DNA from: Ignavibacteriota bacterium
GTDB lineage: Bacteria > Bacteroidota > Ignavibacteria > SZUA-365
Assembly: GCA_016218045.1 (NCBI GenBank)
Contig: JACRFB010000063.1
Coordinates: 68,226-132,225, forward strand
DNA: 64,000 nt
Direction: 5' to 3'
Position numbers and translations under genes: made by a program. Positions 30,466 to 39,785 of this stretch are shown here, one piece after another. The notes under the pieces are model-generated. The model was not told the origin of the DNA. It searched no databases and worked only from the letters and a program-made list of their open reading frames with translations. How positions within the stretch are numbered: position 1 is the stretch's first letter; each line of letters begins with the position of its first letter.

Positions 30466-31148
30466 CGTGCCACCCCCGCAGCCCGCTCGCCGGCGGGAAC
30501 AAGATCGAGATCCGCCGCCGAAGGAAGCAGCACTTCACGCAGGAGTGCGCGACCACGGGCGATGCGCGATTTCACGGTGCCCAACTCGCACTGAAGCACT
30601 TCCGCCATCTCCTCGTAGTGCAGTCCGTCCACATCGCGGAGCACCAGCGCGATACGGAATTTTTCAGGCAGACGCGCGAGCGCCGCCTCGAGTATCTCGC
30701 GGTTGCCGGTGTCGGCCGGCGCAACGGAGGTGTGCCGCAGTAGCTCGCGGTCGTTTGTTTCGAGCAGGCCGTGCAGCGAAAAGAAACGGCGCATTTTTTT
30801 TCGACGCAGTTCGTCGCGGCAGCGGTTTACCGCTATGCGGTACAGCCATGTGTAAAGGGACGATTCGAATCGGAAGCCCCGCAGATTCTCGTAGGCCTTG
30901 ATGAAGACCTCCTGCGACACATCGTCCACTAGATCCCGATCCTGAAGAATATTCGCAGTCACGTTCCTGATCCGTTCTTTGTACCGTTCCACAATGACAC
31001 GGAATACCTCCTCGTCACCCGCCTGAAACATGGTAACAAGCGCATCGTCGGAAAGTCCGCCGATCGCTTCGCGCGCAGACGTCCGCTGCGGCGCAGAGTG
31101 AATGGAAGGAGTCTGTGTATCCACGTCGTTGGGCATTAGACGGATCAA
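30462..31148 (-). CDS. ECF (sigma-24/RpoE-like) RNA polymerase sigma factor
   Basis: Region 2 (FRVIVERYKERIRNVTANIL...DVSQEVFIKAYENLRGF) and region 4 (LVLRDVDGLHYEEMAEVLQCELGTVKSRIARGRALL). Confidence 0.75.
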   Translation of the reverse strand: MIRLMPNDVDTQTPSIHSAPQRTSAREAIGGLSDDALVTMFQAGDEEVFRVIVERYKERIRNVTANILQDRDLVDDVSQEVFIKAYENLRGFRFESSLYTWLYRIAVNRCRDELRRKKMRRFFSLHGLLETNDRELLRHTSVAPADTGNREILEAALARLPEKFRIALVLRDVDGLHYEEMAEVLQCELGTVKSRIARGRALLREVLLPSAADLDLVPAGERAAGVAR

Positions 31149-31242
31149 GTGGGTGTGTTGTTCCCGGGGAATCCTGGTACTACGGGACAGCCGGTAAAAA
31201 GTTCTGGAATCCGTGACTTCGTAATCTGCGAGAATGAGACGA

Positions 31243-31276
31243 AAAAGAAAAGGTCCGCAGAAGCGGACCTTTTTCG
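31243..31276 (-). terminator. Rho-independent terminator after the nfeD-SPFH operon (palindromic, possibly bidirectional)
   Basis: GGTCCGC-agaa-GCGGACC flanked by A/T tracts on both sides. Confidence 0.55.
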
Positions 31277-31291
31277 TTGAAAAACCGCTGT

Positions 31292-32218
31292 TTATTTCAC
31301 ACCCACATGCGAGAGCATTTCCTTGATGCCTCCAAGCGATCCCATGACACCGGACGCTTCATACGGCAGAAACACGACTTTCTGGGCACCATTTGCGATA
31401 TCCTTGAGCGACTCGAGGTATTTCATCGCGATGAGGTAGCTCGACGGATCACCGCCCACCGTCACTTTCAGCGATTCGGTGACGAGAGAAATTGCCTGCG
31501 CCTCGGCATTCGCGACACGCATACGCGCCTCTGCCTGACCCTCGGCCTGCAGGATGGCGGACTGCTTCTGCCCCTCGGCCGACACGATGGCCGACTGCTT
31601 CTCGCCCTCGGCACGAAGGATGGCCGACGACTTCTCGCCTTCGGCCTGCAGGATGGCGGCGCGGCGGTTCCGTTCGGCGGTCATCTGCTTTTCCATGGTG
31701 AGGCGGATATCTTCTGGCGGCAGAATGTTGCGCAGTTCGATGCGCATGACTTTGACGCCCCACTTGTCGGTGGCGCTGTCGAGGGATGCGCGGAGCTTGG
31801 TGTTGATCACTTCGCGGCCCGCGAGCGTGTGGTCGAGATCCATCTCGCCGATGACGGCGCGCAGGGCGCTGAGCGTGAGCTGCTGAATACCGCGTTGCAG
31901 TGTCGAAATTTCGTACACGGCTTTGACGGGATCGATGATCTGCCAGTACACGATGCAGTCCACTTCCATCGTCACGTTGTCGCGCGTGATCACCGGCTGC
32001 GGTTCGATGTCGGTGAGCTGTTCGCGAAGGTCGAGTGTCGCGCGCACGCTGTCGATGAAGGGCACGATGATGTTCAGACCGGAGATCGCGGTCTTGTGAT
32101 ATTTCCCGAGGCGCTCGATGATCTTGACCGAGGCCTGGCTGACCATCTTGATGCTGCTCAACGCCACGATGAAGGCGAAGAAGACAACAATCACGATGAT
32201 GACGGTGGCGGCTTCCAT
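31292..32218 (-). CDS. SPFH/band-7 (stomatin-like) protein
   Basis: Internal start MEAATVIIVIVVFF preceded by GGAGGA. SPFH domain. C-terminal AEGEKSSAILRAEGEKQSAIVSAEGQKQSAILQAEGQAEA repeats. Confidence 0.75.
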   Translation of the reverse strand: MEAATVIIVIVVFFAFIVALSSIKMVSQASVKIIERLGKYHKTAISGLNIIVPFIDSVRATLDLREQLTDIEPQPVITRDNVTMEVDCIVYWQIIDPVKAVYEISTLQRGIQQLTLSALRAVIGEMDLDHTLAGREVINTKLRASLDSATDKWGVKVMRIELRNILPPEDIRLTMEKQMTAERNRRAAILQAEGEKSSAILRAEGEKQSAIVSAEGQKQSAILQAEGQAEARMRVANAEAQAISLVTESLKVTVGGDPSSYLIAMKYLESLKDIANGAQKVVFLPYEASGVMGSLGGIKEMLSHVGVK

Positions 32219-32288
32219 GATTCCTCCGTGAGAAAATTCCGGGTTGCGAATGAGATGCGGGACGGGATAGGCGGGGAAGGGTGTGCGC

Positions 32289-32729
32289 TCACGTGCGCGC
32301 GACGATGAACTTTGCGCCGTCGAGACTCTGCACCGTGACGCGGGCCGAGACTTCGATGACGGAGCCGTCGGCGGAGCGGGCGGCCCAGTCCTGACCGTCA
32401 ACCAACACACGCCCGAGACTGTGTTCATTGTCGATGGTTTCGGTCACGATGCCCGCGCGCCCAAGCATGGCGTCGGCGTTGGTTTTCAGATCCGCGCCCG
32501 GCGAGGCGCGCATGAACACGTTTTTGAAGACCGTGCGCGAGAGGAAGACGAGCACGATGGACACGACCACAAAAACGAGGGTTTGAATCAGGGGATTGTG
32601 AACACCCGCGAGATCGAGCAGGCCTGCCAGTAGCGCGCCGACGCCAAACCATAACAGGACAAAGCCGGGTGTGACGATCTCGAGGATGAAGAACAGTACG
32701 GCGGCGGCGAACCACCAATAATACAGCAT
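32289..32729 (-). CDS. NfeD-family membrane protein (short form, OB-fold C-terminus)
   Basis: Internal start MLYYWWFAAAVLFFILEIVTPGFVLLWFGVGALLAG. NfeD typically precedes the SPFH gene. Confidence 0.6.
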   Translation of the reverse strand: MLYYWWFAAAVLFFILEIVTPGFVLLWFGVGALLAGLLDLAGVHNPLIQTLVFVVVSIVLVFLSRTVFKNVFMRASPGADLKTNADAMLGRAGIVTETIDNEHSLGRVLVDGQDWAARSADGSVIEVSARVTVQSLDGAKFIVART

Positions 32730-32866
32730 GGCGTATTCCGTATCGGTTGGAAAACAGTGGAGGATGCGGGAGTGTATTACCCGGCGCAAGTACGCATGAG
32801 AATCGCCGATAAAGTACTCGGATTCTCCCCAAGAGTCAACTGCGCGTCGAAATGTGTGTTGTTTTC

Positions 32867-33994
32867 TCAGCCGTGCGCGCGACGGAAGCGCCACACCGCC
32901 GCGCCGAACATACACACGCCGAACGCCGCGAGCGACGCCGTCTCCTTCCACAATTCCGCCGGGCCGCTGCCCTTGAGATAGATTTCACGCAGCACCGTCA
33001 GATAGTAGCGCACCGGGTTGGCGTAGGTGATCGTTTGAATCGCGTCGGGCATGTTAGCGATGGGGATAAAAAATCCCGACAGCAGCATGGCAAATATCAT
33101 GAAGAACCACGCGACGAACAGGGCCTGCTGCTGCGATTCGGCGACGGTGGAAATCAGGATGCCGAGACCGAGCGTCGTGAGGAGAAACAGGGCCGATTCG
33201 GCGAGCAGCAGCGGGATGCTTCCGGCGACACTGATGTCGAAGATCAGCCAGACAAACACCATCGCGAGAATAATCTCGAGAAAGCCGAGAATCGTGAAGG
33301 GGATGATCTTTCCCGCGATGAACTGATACGAGCGTATGGGTGTGACGAGCAACTGTTCCAGCGTGCCGATTTCCTTCTCGCGCACGATGCCCATGCTGGT
33401 GAGAAATACCGTGATGATGACGAGAATGATCGCCATGATGCCGGGAACGATATACACCTTGCTCTCGAGATTTGGATTATACCAATACCGCGCTTCGGGC
33501 TCCGCGCCGCGAATGGCGGCGCCGCGGCGCGCAAGCCCCGGATCCGCCTCGAGAAGTCGTGCCTGGAAATTGCGGGATATGTCGGCTGCGTATGCGAGCG
33601 CAATGCCCGCGGTGTTGCCGTCGAGTCCATCGACCATGAGCTGCAGCGCGGGGCTGCGTCCGCGCACCGCATCACGCTGGAAGCCCTCGGGGATCGAGAG
33701 GGCGAGCTGTGCCTCGCTGCGGTCCATATGTCCCGTCAGTGTGCTGCCGCCGCGCTGCTCGCGTCCCACGAGTTTGAAGTACCGCGTGTGCGCGAACGAC
33801 TCGATGAGTTGTCGGCTCATGGGTGTGTCGTCGGCGTCGTGAATCACGAGGCGCAGATCCACAACATCGGTGGTGACCGCGTTTCCAAGAATAAATATCT
33901 GGATCAGCGGCACAACAAAGAGCAGGCCCAGCATGACGCGGTCGCGCGCGATCTGGCGGAATTCCTTCTGGACGAGGTAGAGTATCTGCTGCAT
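32867..33994 (-). CDS. ABC-2 type transporter permease
   Basis: Six TM helices plus an N-terminal soluble loop. YbhR/YbhS-like arrangement. Confidence 0.7.
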   Translation of the reverse strand: MQQILYLVQKEFRQIARDRVMLGLLFVVPLIQIFILGNAVTTDVVDLRLVIHDADDTPMSRQLIESFAHTRYFKLVGREQRGGSTLTGHMDRSEAQLALSIPEGFQRDAVRGRSPALQLMVDGLDGNTAGIALAYAADISRNFQARLLEADPGLARRGAAIRGAEPEARYWYNPNLESKVYIVPGIMAIILVIITVFLTSMGIVREKEIGTLEQLLVTPIRSYQFIAGKIIPFTILGFLEIILAMVFVWLIFDISVAGSIPLLLAESALFLLTTLGLGILISTVAESQQQALFVAWFFMIFAMLLSGFFIPIANMPDAIQTITYANPVRYYLTVLREIYLKGSGPAELWKETASLAAFGVCMFGAAVWRFRRAHG

Positions 33995-34006
33995 GCCGTC
34001 GCGCCC

Positions 34007-35128
34007 CTAATCCAATGTCACCTTGAAACGTTTGATCGCAATGGCGAGAATACCAGCGCCTATGCCCGCGAGCGCGAGCGTTTCGGGTAGAATATCGGAA
34101 ATACCGACCCCTTTCAGCATAATACCGCGGATGATGACCAGATAGTACGTCGCGGGAAGCGCGCGCGACACAAGCTGCAGGGGCGCGGGCATGCTCGCGA
34201 TGGGGAAGAGGAAGCCGCTCATGAGAAAGGTCGGAAGTATCGTCGACATCACCGTCATAAGCATCGCTATCTGCTGCGATTTGGCGATGGTGGAAATGAG
34301 CAGGCCGAAACTGAGCGCGACAAAGATGTAGACGACGGACAGGACGAGGAGAAGAAGGGGACTGCCCACCACGGGTGTTCCGAACAGCGCCATGGCCGAG
34401 ACCACGATGAGAGCGCCGTTGGCCATACCGATGAGCACATAGGGCAGAACCTTCCCGATGATGATCTCGACCGGGTGTATGGGCGAGACGAGGATCTGCT
34501 CCATCGTGCCCGATTCCTTCTCTCGCGTGATGGTGATGGAGGTGAGCAGCGCGCTGGTCAGCATGAGGAGCAGGGCGATCAGTCCGGGCACAAAAAAGTG
34601 CGTGCTCTTCATGTCGGGATTGTAGAGGATTTTTGGTTCCACCGTTGCGAGCGACGCCTGCACGATGCCCTGCGATTGATTGAAGAGGCGAAATACGTTC
34701 GCCGCGTACGTGCCGACGTAGGTTCCGACATTCGAATCGGTCGCATCAACGAGCACCTGCACTTTGACGGACGGTCCTGTGCGCAGGGCCTGCGCGAAGT
34801 CGCGCGGAATGACCAGCACCATCTTTGCGTTGCGCGAGCGGAAGATCTCCTCCGCCGCGGACGCGGCACCCGCATACCCTGCAAAGTGAAAAAAGCCGTT
34901 GCGGCGGAACGCATCGATGAGCGCGCGGCTCTCGGGCGTGTGCGAATCGTCGACGACGGCAAAATCGATGTTACGCATGTCGAGCGTGATGCCGTAACCG
35001 TAGAGGGCGATCATCAGCACCGGCATCAGGAGCACTATCATCAACGAGCGGAAATCACGGAGTATGTGGATCAACTCCTTGCGCATGATCGCAACCAGGC
35101 GACGTGGCATTCCGCGCATCTCCGTCAC
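34007..35128 (-). CDS. ABC-2 type transporter permease (paralog)
   Basis: Same architecture as the neighbouring permease. 4-nt overlap with the upstream ATPase. Confidence 0.7.
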   Translation of the reverse strand: MTEMRGMPRRLVAIMRKELIHILRDFRSLMIVLLMPVLMIALYGYGITLDMRNIDFAVVDDSHTPESRALIDAFRRNGFFHFAGYAGAASAAEEIFRSRNAKMVLVIPRDFAQALRTGPSVKVQVLVDATDSNVGTYVGTYAANVFRLFNQSQGIVQASLATVEPKILYNPDMKSTHFFVPGLIALLLMLTSALLTSITITREKESGTMEQILVSPIHPVEIIIGKVLPYVLIGMANGALIVVSAMALFGTPVVGSPLLLLVLSVVYIFVALSFGLLISTIAKSQQIAMLMTVMSTILPTFLMSGFLFPIASMPAPLQLVSRALPATYYLVIIRGIMLKGVGISDILPETLALAGIGAGILAIAIKRFKVTLD

Positions 35129-35886
35129 CCCTCCCTCGAGGACTTGGCGCGCGCCGTCTCGTCGCGGACCAGCTTCATGAACACGTCCTGCATGCTGTCG
35201 AAGCCGTGCGCGCGCTTGAGTTCACCCGGAGTGCCGAGCGCGATGAGACGGCCGCCGTGCATGATGGAAAGCCGCGAGCAGTATTCGGCCTCGTCCATGT
35301 AGTGCGTCGTGACAAACACCGTGGTCCCCTTTGCGGCGAGTTCGTAAATGAGCCGCCAGAAATTGCGCCGCGAAATGGGATCGACGCCGCCGGTCGGTTC
35401 GTCGAGAAACAGGATGTGCGGATCATGCAGCAGCGCCGTGCCCAGGGCCAGGCGCTGCTTCCAGCCGAGAGGCAGGGAATTGGTCACACGGTCGGCATGT
35501 TCCTCAAGGCGAAGTTCCGCCAGCAGGGCCTCTGTCTTTACTCGCAGTTGTGCGCGTGTCAAACCGTACACGCCCCCGTAGAATTCGATGTTGTTTCTGA
35601 CCGTCAAATCTTCATAAAGCGAGAACTTCTGGCTCATGTATCCTATCGAGGCCTTTACACTCCGCGCTTCGCGCGCGATGTCGAAACCTCCGACACGCGC
35701 GGTACCTCCGCTCGGTTTGAGCAGTCCGCACAGCATCCGTATCACCGTGGTCTTGCCGGCGCCATTCGCACCGAGAAATCCGAACACCTCGCCGCGGTGC
35801 ACCCTGAGCGACACGGAATCCACGGCGCGGAACGCGCCGAAATCCTTTGTGAGCTCGCGCATATCGACAGCAACATCAGTCGTCAT
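35125..35886 (-). CDS. ABC transporter ATP-binding protein
   Basis: Walker A GANGAGKTT, signature LSGGMKQRL-like (LPLGWKQRLALG), Walker B ILFLDEPT. Start taken at MTTDVAVDMREL. Confidence 0.8.
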   Translation of the reverse strand: MTTDVAVDMRELTKDFGAFRAVDSVSLRVHRGEVFGFLGANGAGKTTVIRMLCGLLKPSGGTARVGGFDIAREARSVKASIGYMSQKFSLYEDLTVRNNIEFYGGVYGLTRAQLRVKTEALLAELRLEEHADRVTNSLPLGWKQRLALGTALLHDPHILFLDEPTGGVDPISRRNFWRLIYELAAKGTTVFVTTHYMDEAEYCSRLSIMHGGRLIALGTPGELKRAHGFDSMQDVFMKLVRDETARAKSSREG

Positions 35887-36823
35887 TGGGCGCCGTCTCG
35901 ATAAGGTGGATGAACACGTCCTCCAGCGTTGGCTCCGCGGGTTCAAGCGAGCCCTCACGCAGTTTCAGCGCGCGCTCGGCTGCCGCGCGGCCCGCTCCGT
36001 CGAGCGGCCGTTCCGTGGCCACGTGAACACGATCGCCGAAGCTGTGGACGGATCGTATGCCCGGACCTTCGCCATCGTCGAGTCTGATCAGCGACGAGAA
36101 CGCGTTTCCGTCTGCTCTTTCGCGTGGTGCGCTGTACATCGAGTACGGATACGATGAAATGATCTCGGCGGGTGCGCCCGAGGCGAGAATGCAGCCCTCG
36201 TTCATGATCGAGATGCGGTCGCAGAGCAGGGCTTCATCCATGTACGGCGTCGAGACTAGCACTGTGACACCGCGGTCGCGCATTGCGCGGAGAATGGACC
36301 ACAGCTCCTGCCGCGACACGGGATCGACGCCTGTTGTCGGCTCGTCAAGCACAAGCAACAGCGGATCGTGGATGAGGGCGCAGGACAGCGCGAGCTTCTG
36401 CTTCATGCCGCCGGACAGCCGCCCCGCCAGCCGCGTCGCGAATGGATCGAGCCGGCTGAAACGGTACAGTTCCTTTTTCTTCTCTGTCAACTCCGCCTGG
36501 GGTACGCCGAAGAGGTCCGCAAAAAAATCCAGATTCTGTTCCACCGAAAGATCGGGATAGAGGGAAAAGCGCTGTGGCATGTAGCCGATCTTCGAGCGTA
36601 TCTCGGTGCGGCCTGTGCGCGTTTCGTGGCCGAGCACGGTGACAGTGCCGGCATCCGGCGCAAGCAGCGTAGTGATGATGCGCATCGTCGTCGTCTTGCC
36701 CGCCCCGTCGGGTCCGATAAGTCCGAACAACTCCGCGGGACGAATCTCGAGCGAGACGTCGCGCACCGCTTCGGTTGCGCCGAAAGATTTCGACAAAGAT
36801 GATATGGAAACGGCAGGCGTCAC
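35876..36823 (-). CDS. ABC transporter ATP-binding protein (second NBD subunit)
   Basis: GPDGAGKTT, LSGGMKQKLAL, LLVLDEPT. Probable GTG start at 36823 forming a GTGA overlap with the hlyD-like stop. The ORF-track N-terminus overlaps the upstream gene. Confidence 0.65.
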   Translation of the reverse strand: MTPAVSISSLSKSFGATEAVRDVSLEIRPAELFGLIGPDGAGKTTTMRIITTLLAPDAGTVTVLGHETRTGRTEIRSKIGYMPQRFSLYPDLSVEQNLDFFADLFGVPQAELTEKKKELYRFSRLDPFATRLAGRLSGGMKQKLALSCALIHDPLLLVLDEPTTGVDPVSRQELWSILRAMRDRGVTVLVSTPYMDEALLCDRISIMNEGCILASGAPAEIISSYPYSMYSAPRERADGNAFSSLIRLDDGEGPGIRSVHSFGDRVHVATERPLDGAGRAAAERALKLREGSLEPAEPTLEDVFIHLIETAPNDD

Positions 36824-37707
36824 GGTATGTCGAGTGTCACGGTCAGAGGCATGCCGATCTTGATTTTTCCATCGGGATTGTCGAGCCGCACCTTCGCCGC
36901 AAACACGAGCGTGGTGCGGGTCTCCTCGGTGAGGATGGTCTTGGGTGTGAACTCGGCCTTGTCGGATATCCAGGTCACCGTGCCGTGCAGCGATACATCG
37001 GACGCGCTGTCGATGCGGATGGTCGCCTTCTGTCCGACGGACACCGACGCGAGATCGGTCTCTGCGATGTAGATGCGCGTCCACATACTGCGAAGATCGG
37101 CGATGTCGCAGATGGGTGTGCCGGGCATGGCGAGTTCGCCGGGATCCGCATATCGCACCAGGACACGGCCGTCGAGAGGCGCCACGATGGTCGCCTCGCC
37201 GATCTGCGTCTTCAGGAGGCCGACAGTGGAGGCCGTCTGCGCCTCCTTGCTACCGAGAGCGGCGTGTTGTTTCTGCAGGCTGCGGATTTGGGCATCGGAC
37301 CCGTCGAGCTGTGCGCGTGCGTCGTCGACGGATTGCCTCGTGGTCGCGTTGTCGCGCAGCAGCGCCTCGAGACGCTGCAGGCGCGTGTGCAGATTCTCAC
37401 GCGTGATGCGCGCCGCGGCGATCTGCGCGTCGAGGGCCGCGCGCTGATGCGCCAGTTCCTCGCGAACGGAGCCCGCCTGCGCCGCCTGCAGTTCAAGTTT
37501 GTCGACACGCACAGTGGCAAGGACGGAATCGGCGCGCACGTCGTCGCCGTCGTCGATCAGAACCGAGGTGATGGTGCCCGCCGTCTGTGCGCTTACACGT
37601 ACGATGCGCGCTTCGGCGGTGCCGGTGTACTCGAACGCGGAGTTCTCGCCGCCGCCGCATCCGGCCAGGACCGCGAGGACGAACAGGGAAGAGAGGAATG
37701 GGCGCAT
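36820..37707 (-). CDS. HlyD-family membrane fusion (periplasmic adaptor) protein
   Basis: Lipoprotein-like signal LAVLAGCGG. Coiled-coil region (QAGSVREELAHQRAALDAQIAAARI). C-terminal beta-domain. Confidence 0.7.
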   Translation of the reverse strand: MRPFLSSLFVLAVLAGCGGGENSAFEYTGTAEARIVRVSAQTAGTITSVLIDDGDDVRADSVLATVRVDKLELQAAQAGSVREELAHQRAALDAQIAAARITRENLHTRLQRLEALLRDNATTRQSVDDARAQLDGSDAQIRSLQKQHAALGSKEAQTASTVGLLKTQIGEATIVAPLDGRVLVRYADPGELAMPGTPICDIADLRSMWTRIYIAETDLASVSVGQKATIRIDSASDVSLHGTVTWISDKAEFTPKTILTEETRTTLVFAAKVRLDNPDGKIKIGMPLTVTLDIP

Positions 37708-37754
37708 GGGGAATGTTCTCACTGTGCGGGGAAAGGTGATGCGACGACGGGGTG

Positions 37755-39071
37755 TCATTGTGCGTCTCCGATTTCACGGCCGACGGCCTGTACGAGATCG
37801 ATCCGTTTCAGGAGATACTCGATGCGGGTTTGCGCGTGTTGCAGCAGAGAGCGTGTCAGCGCCGTTTCGGCGTCAAGCACGTCGGCGGGGATGGCTGTGC
37901 CTTCGCGCAGCCGCGCGCGGGCGATGTCGAGGCGCGTGCGCTCCTGCTGTATCTGCCGGTCCAGGAGGCCGATGGTCGCCGCGCGTGTGTCGAGATCGAG
38001 TAGGAGCGCGCGAATGCCGGTTTCGAGGCGGTTGCGCACCTGCTCCACACGAAGGGCCGAGGCACGCTCCTCGAGCTGCGCCTTTTCGATGGCGTGTTTA
38101 TCGGCGGACCAGGCCCAGAGATTCCATTCCATCTTCACACCGGCCGTGTAATAATCCATCCATTCGTTCCGGATCTGATCGACGCCCGGACGAGCGTAGT
38201 GCAGCGACGCGACAGCCGCAACGGTCGGGTACATCGACGACTCGGCCGCGGTGATCCCGAGTTCCGCCGAGCGCTGAGCCGACGCCGCGACCAGCAGGTC
38301 GGCGCGCGACGCGGCGGCCATCGCTATCAGGACTTCAGCGGAGGGGAGGGCGGAAGGTGGCGAAAGGTCTGTCGTGTCCACGCCGCCAATGTCGGTGGCG
38401 CCGGTGAGTTCCACGAGCGAGAGAAGTGCGGTGGCGCGCGCGTGGCGCGCCTGCGTGGCCTCGACATCGAGCTGCAGTATCCGTGTGGACACGAGCAATG
38501 TATCGAAGGCGAGACCCTGACCCTGCTCCGTCAGCGCGCGGCGGAGATGCAGCAGTTCCGCAAGCAGCGCGCGCTGTGACTCGAGGATGCCTGCAGCGTA
38601 TGTGGCCTGCACTGCCGCGTAGTAAAGGCGCGCCGCCGCACAGCGAGCGTCGAAGGCCGCGCCATCGGCCGCGGTCGCAGCGGCCGCGCTGTTTTCACGG
38701 GCGATGCGGTTGTGCGCATCCAGGCGGAATCCGGTGAAGAGCGGCGCGCTGAGGGTGACGGCTGCGTCGGCCACATTGCCGTCGCCGAAGGATATCGTTT
38801 TGACGGGCAGTGGAATGCCTGGAATCTGCAGATCGATTTTTCCGGTCTCGCTGATGCGTGTGTACGAAAACGAGGCGTCGAGGCGCGGCAGCCGCGAGGC
38901 CGAGGTCATGTCGGCCTGTGCGCGCGCCTTCTCGGCGCCGGCGCGGGCGATGCGCACCCCGTGCCCGTATTCCGCGGCCCGGCGCTGCATTTCATCGAGC
39001 GTGACAATGCGCGGCTGCGCCGCTGCAGTGAGCGACAGGAGACAACAGCAGAGGAGGAGTTTTCGAGTCAT
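37755..39071 (-). CDS. TolC-like outer-membrane efflux protein
   Basis: Internal start MTRKLLLCCCLLSLTAAAQP (signal peptide) forming an ATGA overlap with tetR. Two OEP repeats. Confidence 0.7.
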   Translation of the reverse strand: MTRKLLLCCCLLSLTAAAQPRIVTLDEMQRRAAEYGHGVRIARAGAEKARAQADMTSASRLPRLDASFSYTRISETGKIDLQIPGIPLPVKTISFGDGNVADAAVTLSAPLFTGFRLDAHNRIARENSAAAATAADGAAFDARCAAARLYYAAVQATYAAGILESQRALLAELLHLRRALTEQGQGLAFDTLLVSTRILQLDVEATQARHARATALLSLVELTGATDIGGVDTTDLSPPSALPSAEVLIAMAAASRADLLVAASAQRSAELGITAAESSMYPTVAAVASLHYARPGVDQIRNEWMDYYTAGVKMEWNLWAWSADKHAIEKAQLEERASALRVEQVRNRLETGIRALLLDLDTRAATIGLLDRQIQQERTRLDIARARLREGTAIPADVLDAETALTRSLLQHAQTRIEYLLKRIDLVQAVGREIGDAQ

Positions 39072-39712
39072 GCGTGTGTTCTCCGTGTCGACAATCCATG
39101 ATACACGAGGTCGAAAATGTGTTCGCGTCTGCGCGCAGCGAAGGCGGCAGGATCCCCGGCGATGTCGGGGGCGATGCTCTTGAGGAGCGGTATCGCGAGG
39201 TAGAAATAGACGCAGCTCCCGAGTACGGTAATGAGGGTCTGCATCGGATCCACTTTCCGGATTTCCCTGCGCCGGATGGCGCGCTCGACGGCCAGAAGAA
39301 ACGCGCGCGGAGGAAACGCCGGATCGTTCGCCACCCGCGCGAAGTGCACCGCCAGGTTCGTTGCGCCGGTCGACAGTTCGCGTGTCATGAAGCCGACCAG
39401 CGCGGGCGTGCGTTCCAGCATGTCCATGTAGGTGCAAATAAACGCGCGCAATTGCGACGCAAAATCCTTTTCTTTCGACAGGGACGCCGAGAGCACCATA
39501 AAATGTGTGCGCAGCATGTACGAGAATACCTCCTCGTACAGACGGTCCTTGGATCGGAAGTAATAATGCACCAGCGCCGGATTGATCCCCGCGCGCCGCG
39601 CTATGTCACGCATGCGCGCGCCGCTTTTTCCATGTTCCCCGAACACGTCGAGCGCCGCCAGGAAAATGGCGCTTTCGGTGTCGGAGTATTCGCGCTGGTC
39701 GATGCTGATCAT
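39068..39712 (-). CDS. TetR-family transcriptional regulator
   Basis: HTH RMRDIARRAGINPALVHYYFRSKDRLY. First gene of the efflux operon. Confidence 0.8.
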   Translation of the reverse strand: MISIDQREYSDTESAIFLAALDVFGEHGKSGARMRDIARRAGINPALVHYYFRSKDRLYEEVFSYMLRTHFMVLSASLSKEKDFASQLRAFICTYMDMLERTPALVGFMTRELSTGATNLAVHFARVANDPAFPPRAFLLAVERAIRRREIRKVDPMQTLITVLGSCVYFYLAIPLLKSIAPDIAGDPAAFAARRREHIFDLVYHGLSTRRTHA

Positions 39713-39785
39713 TGTATCTAAATGAAGTGTTTAATCATTTGTTTAAAACTTACGACATTCATGCGCGGAAGTCAAGAGCCGCCTA

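Noticed and set aside
31292-32428. Longer N-terminal forms given by the ORF track for SPFH (to 32428), NfeD (to 32951), TolC-like (to 39437), ABC ATPase (to 37084), fbp (from 51226), rimM (from 19854), PEGA (from 8450), SIS isomerase (from 3244), MTase (to 48101)
   Set aside because: The extensions overlap neighbouring genes, are Arg/Pro-rich, and internal starts coincide with RBS motifs, signal peptides or conserved family N-termini.
39713-39785. Partial dyad GTTTAATCATTTGTTTAAAAC upstream of the tetR start as a TetR operator
   Set aside because: Symmetry is imperfect (TTAAAAC versus TTAAAC). Plausible but not supportable from sequence alone, so not listed as a feature.
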